Positions 27,561-32,000 of a stretch of 32,000 nucleotides of DNA are shown in pieces. This DNA is from Trichodesmium erythraeum IMS101. Its GTDB lineage: Bacteria; Cyanobacteriota; Cyanobacteriia; Cyanobacteriales; Microcoleaceae. The first letter of the stretch is position 1; every line of letters begins with the position of its first letter. The DNA is taken from positions 7,140,001 through 7,172,000 of the forward strand of contig NC_008312.1 in NCBI RefSeq assembly GCF_000014265.1, given 5' to 3'. The position numbers and the translations under genes were made by a program. Under the pieces are notes generated by a model. That model was given only the letters and a program-made list of their open reading frames with translations, searched no databases and was not told the origin of the DNA.

Positions 27561-28823
27561 TTATGAAGCTGTAGCTAATAACTGTGGACTAAATGCTTGC
27601 TTTAATAACTCCACTTTATCTGTTTGCTCCCAAGGTAAATCTAGATCGGTACGTCCCAAGTGACCATAAGCAGCAACATCTTGATAAAAACGACCTCCTC
27701 TTTCTCCAGGCAAGTTCCGAAGGTTAAAATTCTGAATAATTCCTGCTGGACGGAGTTCAAAGTTTTCTTTCACTACTTCTAATAACTTATCTTCATCAAC
27801 CTTAGAAGTACCAAAAGTTTCAATCATCATACTAACAGGTTTTGCTACACCAATCGCATAACTAATTTGAACCTCACACTTTTCTGCTAGATCTGCTGCA
27901 ACAATATTTTTAGCTATATAGCGACAAGCATAAGCTGCTGAGCGGTCTACCTTAGTGGGATCTTTTCCTGAAAAAGCACCGCCTCCATGACGGGAATAAC
28001 CACCATAAGTATCTATTATGATTTTACGTCCTGTCAGACCACAATCTCCCTGTGGACCGCCAATAACAAATTTACCAGTGGGGTTGACAAGAAAACGAGT
28101 TTGTGAATTAGGTTTAATCTCTGCGTCTTTAAATATTGGCTCAACAACATACTTCCAGAGGTCTTCTTTAATCTTAGCTTGAATATCTGATAATTCTGTG
28201 ATTTCCCCAATTTTAGCAGTATGTTGGGTAGAAATTAAGATTGTATCGATACCAACAGGACGGCCATCTTCATAAGTAATAGTGACTTGACTTTTGCCAT
28301 CTGGCCTTAAATAGGGAAGTTGACCTGTTTTTCTCACCGCAGTTAGTTGCCGGCAAACTCGATGTGCTAAACTTATAGGTAAAGGCATTAATTCAGGAGT
28401 TTCATTACAAGCAAAACCAAACATTAAGCCCTGGTCTCCTGCTCCCACTGCATCAAGTTCTTCTTCACTTAAGAGTTCACGAGTTTCTTGAGCTTTGTCT
28501 ACTCCTTGAGCAATATCTGCTGATTGCTCATCAAGAGCTACTAAAACGGAACAACTATCAGCAGAAAAACCATTTTCGGCATGGACATAGCCAATGTCAG
28601 CAATTTTTTTTCTGGCCAATTCTATATAATTTACTTGGGCCTTGGTTGTAATTTCACCAGTAATTAGTACTAACCCTGTGTTCACTACTACTTCAGCAGC
28701 TACACGACTTTGAGGATCTTGGGCTAGTATAGCATCTATAATTGTGTCTGAAATTTGGTCGCAAATTTTATCTGGATGTCCTTCTGTAACAGACTCAGAA
28801 GTGAATAAGTAACGACTAGACAA
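27561..28823 (-). CDS. metK: S-adenosylmethionine synthetase
   Basis: Conserved blocks are [50 protein letters not shown] and [16 protein letters not shown]. The track ORF starts at GTG 28850. The TTG at 28823 is preceded by AAGGAGG (plus-strand CCTCCTT at 28832-28838) with 8-nt spacing, and gives the usual MetK N-terminus (M)SSRYLFTSE. Confidence 0.92.
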   Translation of the reverse strand: MSSRYLFTSESVTEGHPDKICDQISDTIIDAILAQDPQSRVAAEVVVNTGLVLITGEITTKAQVNYIELARKKIADIGYVHAENGFSADSCSVLVALDEQSADIAQGVDKAQETRELLSEEELDAVGAGDQGLMFGFACNETPELMPLPISLAHRVCRQLTAVRKTGQLPYLRPDGKSQVTITYEDGRPVGIDTILISTQHTAKIGEITELSDIQAKIKEDLWKYVVEPIFKDAEIKPNSQTRFLVNPTGKFVIGGPQGDCGLTGRKIIIDTYGGYSRHGGGAFSGKDPTKVDRSAAYACRYIAKNIVAADLAEKCEVQISYAIGVAKPVSMMIETFGTSKVDEDKLLEVVKENFELRPAGIIQNFNLRNLPGERGGRFYQDVAAYGHLGRTDLDLPWEQTDKVELLKQAFSPQLLATAS

Positions 28824-29308
28824 TAGTAATTCCTCCTTATATTTTTCCACGAATTAGCCGAACAGGTAATAAACTTTAACTTAGGGATAATATTTATCCA
28901 GAATAACTACTTTTTTCTACTGTCTACTTTCTGTGTCATCGAATATTGTGAACTACTCAACTGCAAACTTAGTTTCCAGTAAGCTATTGTGCCTCTTCTA
29001 GCATTACCTTTCTGTAGGAAATAGCCTAAGTTAAACTTTAAGCTGAAAACTGTCTCATTTTATCCCATTTGACATTATATTCTTTGGTCCATAACAAATT
29101 TTGACCAGAAGCAGAAAATTCTGAATTATTTTTTTACTCTCCCTGAGTTAATAGCTTACTTGACTATATCAAAGATTGTATGCAAATACACAAATAAATA
29201 ATTAATTAATTTTCTAGATAAGACCAAGAATTTTGGAGTTATACCATGTCCAATTCAAGATTTTTGATCAATAATTAGGCAAATCCTAATTAAACCGAAA
29301 GCTGTCAT

Positions 29309-30043
29309 TTACAACACTTTAATTTCTTCTAACTTAGCGATCGCCACATCTGCTAGTTGTAGATGCTCAGCTTCGCTTTTCCCAAAAAAAATACCAATAC
29401 AACCTGCTGCTCCTGCTTTTCTCCCCATTTCTATATCTGTGGGAGAATCTCCCACAATTAATGTCCTAACTGGTTTACACCCTAATTTATGACAAGCTTG
29501 TAAAAATAGTTCTGGATCTGGTTTACTAAGACCATCATCAACCCCCATTTCTAGTTGGATATAATCGTTAAGTTGATAGTATTTAACAAAATTTTGCACT
29601 GCTGTTGTATTATCTGCAGACAATATACCCAGTTGTATACCTGCTTGAGAGAGATACTTTAATACTTCTTGGCTACCCTTAAACAGAGAACCAGGAGTAG
29701 ACTTTGGCAGTATTTGGTCAGCTTCTGTAAAAGCTTCTTTGGCAATAGTTAATGATTCTAACCAACCCCGACCAGTCTCAGCAATATAAGCTGCTGCTGC
29801 AATTTCGTTTTCTCGTCTACTGCCAACCGCCATTAATCCTGTAGAGTTAATATTATTGTCATTAATCCCAAAAGCCATGAGTAGTGGTTCTCCTATCCCA
29901 GGAATTTTAGCATCAATAAGGCGAGCTCGCTTTTGTCCTAAATTTCTTAAAAACTCTTGAGAGTCTTCTAGGGTACCATCTTTATCAAAAATAATTGCTT
30001 GAATATCATGGAAAATTAGACCTCCACAGTTAATAGCTACCAT
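29309..30043 (-). CDS. HAD-superfamily hydrolase (phosphoglycolate-phosphatase-like subfamily IA)
   Basis: HAD motif I is IIFDKDGTLEDS, the motif II region is LGILSADN, and motifs III/IV are K...VGDSPTDIEMGRKAG. Substrate specificity cannot be read from the sequence. Confidence 0.75.
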   Translation of the reverse strand: MVAINCGGLIFHDIQAIIFDKDGTLEDSQEFLRNLGQKRARLIDAKIPGIGEPLLMAFGINDNNINSTGLMAVGSRRENEIAAAAYIAETGRGWLESLTIAKEAFTEADQILPKSTPGSLFKGSQEVLKYLSQAGIQLGILSADNTTAVQNFVKYYQLNDYIQLEMGVDDGLSKPDPELFLQACHKLGCKPVRTLIVGDSPTDIEMGRKAGAAGCIGIFFGKSEAEHLQLADVAIAKLEEIKVL

Positions 30044-30230
30044 TTTGTTATATATGCAATATTTTATGCTACTCTTGTGTCATACAGCAGATTCCAAGTC
30101 TATGAGGTACAATTATTAATAATAATACCTTTGTATCACAGATATCTTATCGGCGAGGGCTGTACCTCACCCTTGATGAAATCTACTGTATTTTTTGATT
30201 TGTGAATATTAAGAAAGCAAAATACGAGGT

Positions 30231-31403
30231 TTATTCTAAAGCTGCTGCTGATGTCTCTTCATCTACGATAGCTATTTCTACTGTAGTCTCAGTCTCCTCT
30301 GTTTTTTGCGATGCTTCTGTTGCTAACTCTTCTGGCACTTCTAGCGCTTCTGATGTTATTACCTCTTCCGGTACTTTTAGTGCTTCTGATGTTGCTACCT
30401 CTTCCGGTGCTTCTAGCGCTTCTGCTGTTGCCACCCCTTCCGGTGCTTCTGTCGCTTCTGCTATTACTCCAACTTCAGGTGTTTCTACTGCTGTTTCCCC
30501 TCCCTGAGGAGCCATCATTTTTTCCCTAAACTTAGCAGCCATTTCTTCTGCTTGGTCATATACCATTTGTGGATTTTTCACCATCGCCCCTGGTTCTGGT
30601 TCTAGTTGCTTTGTTGACAAAGATATACGACCTCTGTCAGCATCTAGATCGATGATCATAACTTTCAGTTCATCATTAACTTTTAGTACACTGCTAGGAG
30701 TTTCTATATGGTCATGAGAAATTTCTGATATATGGAGTAGGCCACTTACTCCTCCAATATCAATAAAAGCTCCATAAGGCTTAATACCACGAACTGCGCC
30801 TATCACTACTTCCCCTACCTCTAGGCGGTTCATCTTCCGCTCAACTAGGGCGCGACGATGACTTAAAACCAGACGGTTACGTTCTTCGTCTACTTCTAGG
30901 AATTTTAAAGGTAATTCTTCATTAAGTAAATCTTCTTTTGGTTTGCGTGTACTAATATGTGAACCAGGAATAAATCCACGCAAACCTTCTATCCTAACTA
31001 ATGCCCCACCACGATTTGTTGCAAATACTTGTGACCGCACAGTTGCATCTTCTGCTTGTAATTGTCGGACTCTTTCCCAGGCCCGCATATATTCTATTCT
31101 TCGGATGGACAAAGTTAACTGTCCATCTTCATTTTCATCTGTGAGAATAAAAAATTCTCTTGTTTCATTAGACTGTAGAACTTCTTCAGGGTTTTCTACT
31201 CTATTAATTGACATTTCTTGGATGGGAATATAAGCAGCAGTTTTAGCTCCAATGTCAATTAATGCTCCCCTTGGTTCTAAGCTAAATACTGTCCCTGCTA
31301 CAATATCTCCAGGACTAAAGTGATAGTCATATTTATCTAGTAGGGCTGCAAAATCTTCGTGAGTAAAGCCGACTTCCTTGGCTGGTGTTTTCAAATTTGT
31401 CAT
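30231..31403 (-). CDS. rpsA: 30S ribosomal protein S1 (cyanobacterial Rps1A type) with a repetitive acidic C-terminal tail
   Basis: Three S1 (OB-fold) domains are present: GDIVAGTVFSLEPRGALIDIGAKTAAYIP, VRSQVFATNRGGALVRIEGLRGFIPGSH and GEVVIGAVRGIKPYGAFIDIGGVSGLLHISE. The N-terminus FTHEDFAALLDKYDY is typical of cyanobacterial S1. Confidence 0.9.
   Translation of the reverse strand: MTNLKTPAKEVGFTHEDFAALLDKYDYHFSPGDIVAGTVFSLEPRGALIDIGAKTAAYIPIQEMSINRVENPEEVLQSNETREFFILTDENEDGQLTLSIRRIEYMRAWERVRQLQAEDATVRSQVFATNRGGALVRIEGLRGFIPGSHISTRKPKEDLLNEELPLKFLEVDEERNRLVLSHRRALVERKMNRLEVGEVVIGAVRGIKPYGAFIDIGGVSGLLHISEISHDHIETPSSVLKVNDELKVMIIDLDADRGRISLSTKQLEPEPGAMVKNPQMVYDQAEEMAAKFREKMMAPQGGETAVETPEVGVIAEATEAPEGVATAEALEAPEEVATSEALKVPEEVITSEALEVPEELATEASQKTEETETTVEIAIVDEETSAAALE
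30327..30470. repeat. Four tandem 36-bp (12-aa) units inside the 3' end of rpsA
   Basis: The units lie at 30327-30362, 30363-30398, 30399-30434 and 30435-30470 (CTCTTCCGGTGCTTCTAGCGCTTCTG.TGTTGC.AC). On the minus strand they encode IAEATEAPEGVA / TAEALEAPEEVA / TSEALKVPEEVI / TSEALEVPEELA. Confidence 0.85.
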
Positions 31404-31806
31404 GCGTGTATTTTCTTGGGATTTCTCTCCTTAATGTTTTTTACTTGTCTTGATAGTTTCCCTGCTACATAAAACTGGTATAAAACGTTACAAATTGTTA
31501 CATTTTAATATTTACTTCCTGGTTCTACGGTTACTCTAAGCAGCAATATCTCCACAGGCATCAACGGTTAAGCAAACCGCATTTGTATACTTGTACTTTA
31601 GTAACTTATATATAATACCAATCCGGTTTGATCAGGAGATATTCACCAAATTTAACACTGTTGTATGATCAGGATTTGGTTACTTAAGTAACTAACCCAA
31701 TAATAACCGGATTTAGTATGAGACGAAACTTTCCTTTACAAGAACTATGGTTTTATAGAAAAACCAATTTTTTCGTATAATTTACGCAAGTAACTGTTAA
31801 TTTTTC

Positions 31807-32000
31807 GGCCATTAGAGCTTTTGTAAAAAATACCATTTTCCTATTTAAGGCTTGGACATTTACCTCATTTTTCTGACTTACACTCGATGTGTTAATTTAC
31901 CCTAGTGAGGTCGGAATAATTAGTAGAATGGAAATTTTACCAAGTCAAGGTTAGTTTCTATACTTCTACTTAGGCCATTAAAACTTTTGTAAAAAATACT
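31807..32000. repeat. 27-bp direct repeat pair 166 bp apart, with the second copy at the window edge
   Basis: GGCCATTAGAGCTTTTGTAAAAAATAC (31807-31833) matches GGCCATTAAAACTTTTGTAAAAAATAC (31973-31999) at 25 of 27 positions. Whether the array continues beyond the window cannot be seen. Confidence 0.55.

Noticed and set aside
30202-31233. Plus-strand ORFs 30202..30507, 30311..30529 and 30943..31233 opposite rpsA
   Set aside because: The first two are generated by the 36-bp tandem repeat, giving poly-Ser/Ala or poly-Leu translations. The third is an antisense shadow.

Overview
This is a visibly AT-rich chromosomal segment with the hallmarks of a filamentous, Nostocales-type cyanobacterium. It has at least 15 HIP1 octamers (GCGATCGC), STRR-like heptamer runs, small palindromic dispersed repeats or MITEs ending in AGGACTTACGCA, and cyanobacterial marker genes. 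Genes that look intact are:
- a divergent phosphoketolase/transketolase-like TPP enzyme
- a CbbY-like HAD phosphatase
- oligopeptidase A (M3)
- a small class II aldolase-fold protein
- a C5 DNA methyltransferase
- a 1008-aa Omp85/BamA-family protein
- purC
- a secreted SH3b protein
- a 293-aa acidic hypothetical protein
- the bifunctional arginine dihydrolase ArgZ/AgrE
- metK
- a second HAD hydrolase
- ribosomal protein S1
- a partial CAP-domain gene at the left edge

A striking number of decayed genes sit between them. These are an internally deleted IS5-family element, a P450 fragment with several in-frame stops, a restriction-endonuclease-like gene with one in-frame TAA, a heavily degraded TnpB, a methyltransferase stub, a GNAT N-acyltransferase with a nonsense codon plus a frameshift, and IS630 transposase debris. 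That pattern suggests an eroding genome. I found no rRNA, tRNA or CRISPR array.

The most interesting points are:
- the GC-rich structured 3' end of the dead TnpB, which abuts the omp85 start and has SD/anti-SD-like alternative pairings
- near-identical 114-bp in-frame tandem repeats in omp85
- the methyltransferase left next to a nonsense-inactivated nuclease gene
- a MITE-flanked islet carrying an unknown protein

I did not find a clear-cut novel multi-gene system. Everything here rests on reading the sequence and on motif memory; no searches were run.
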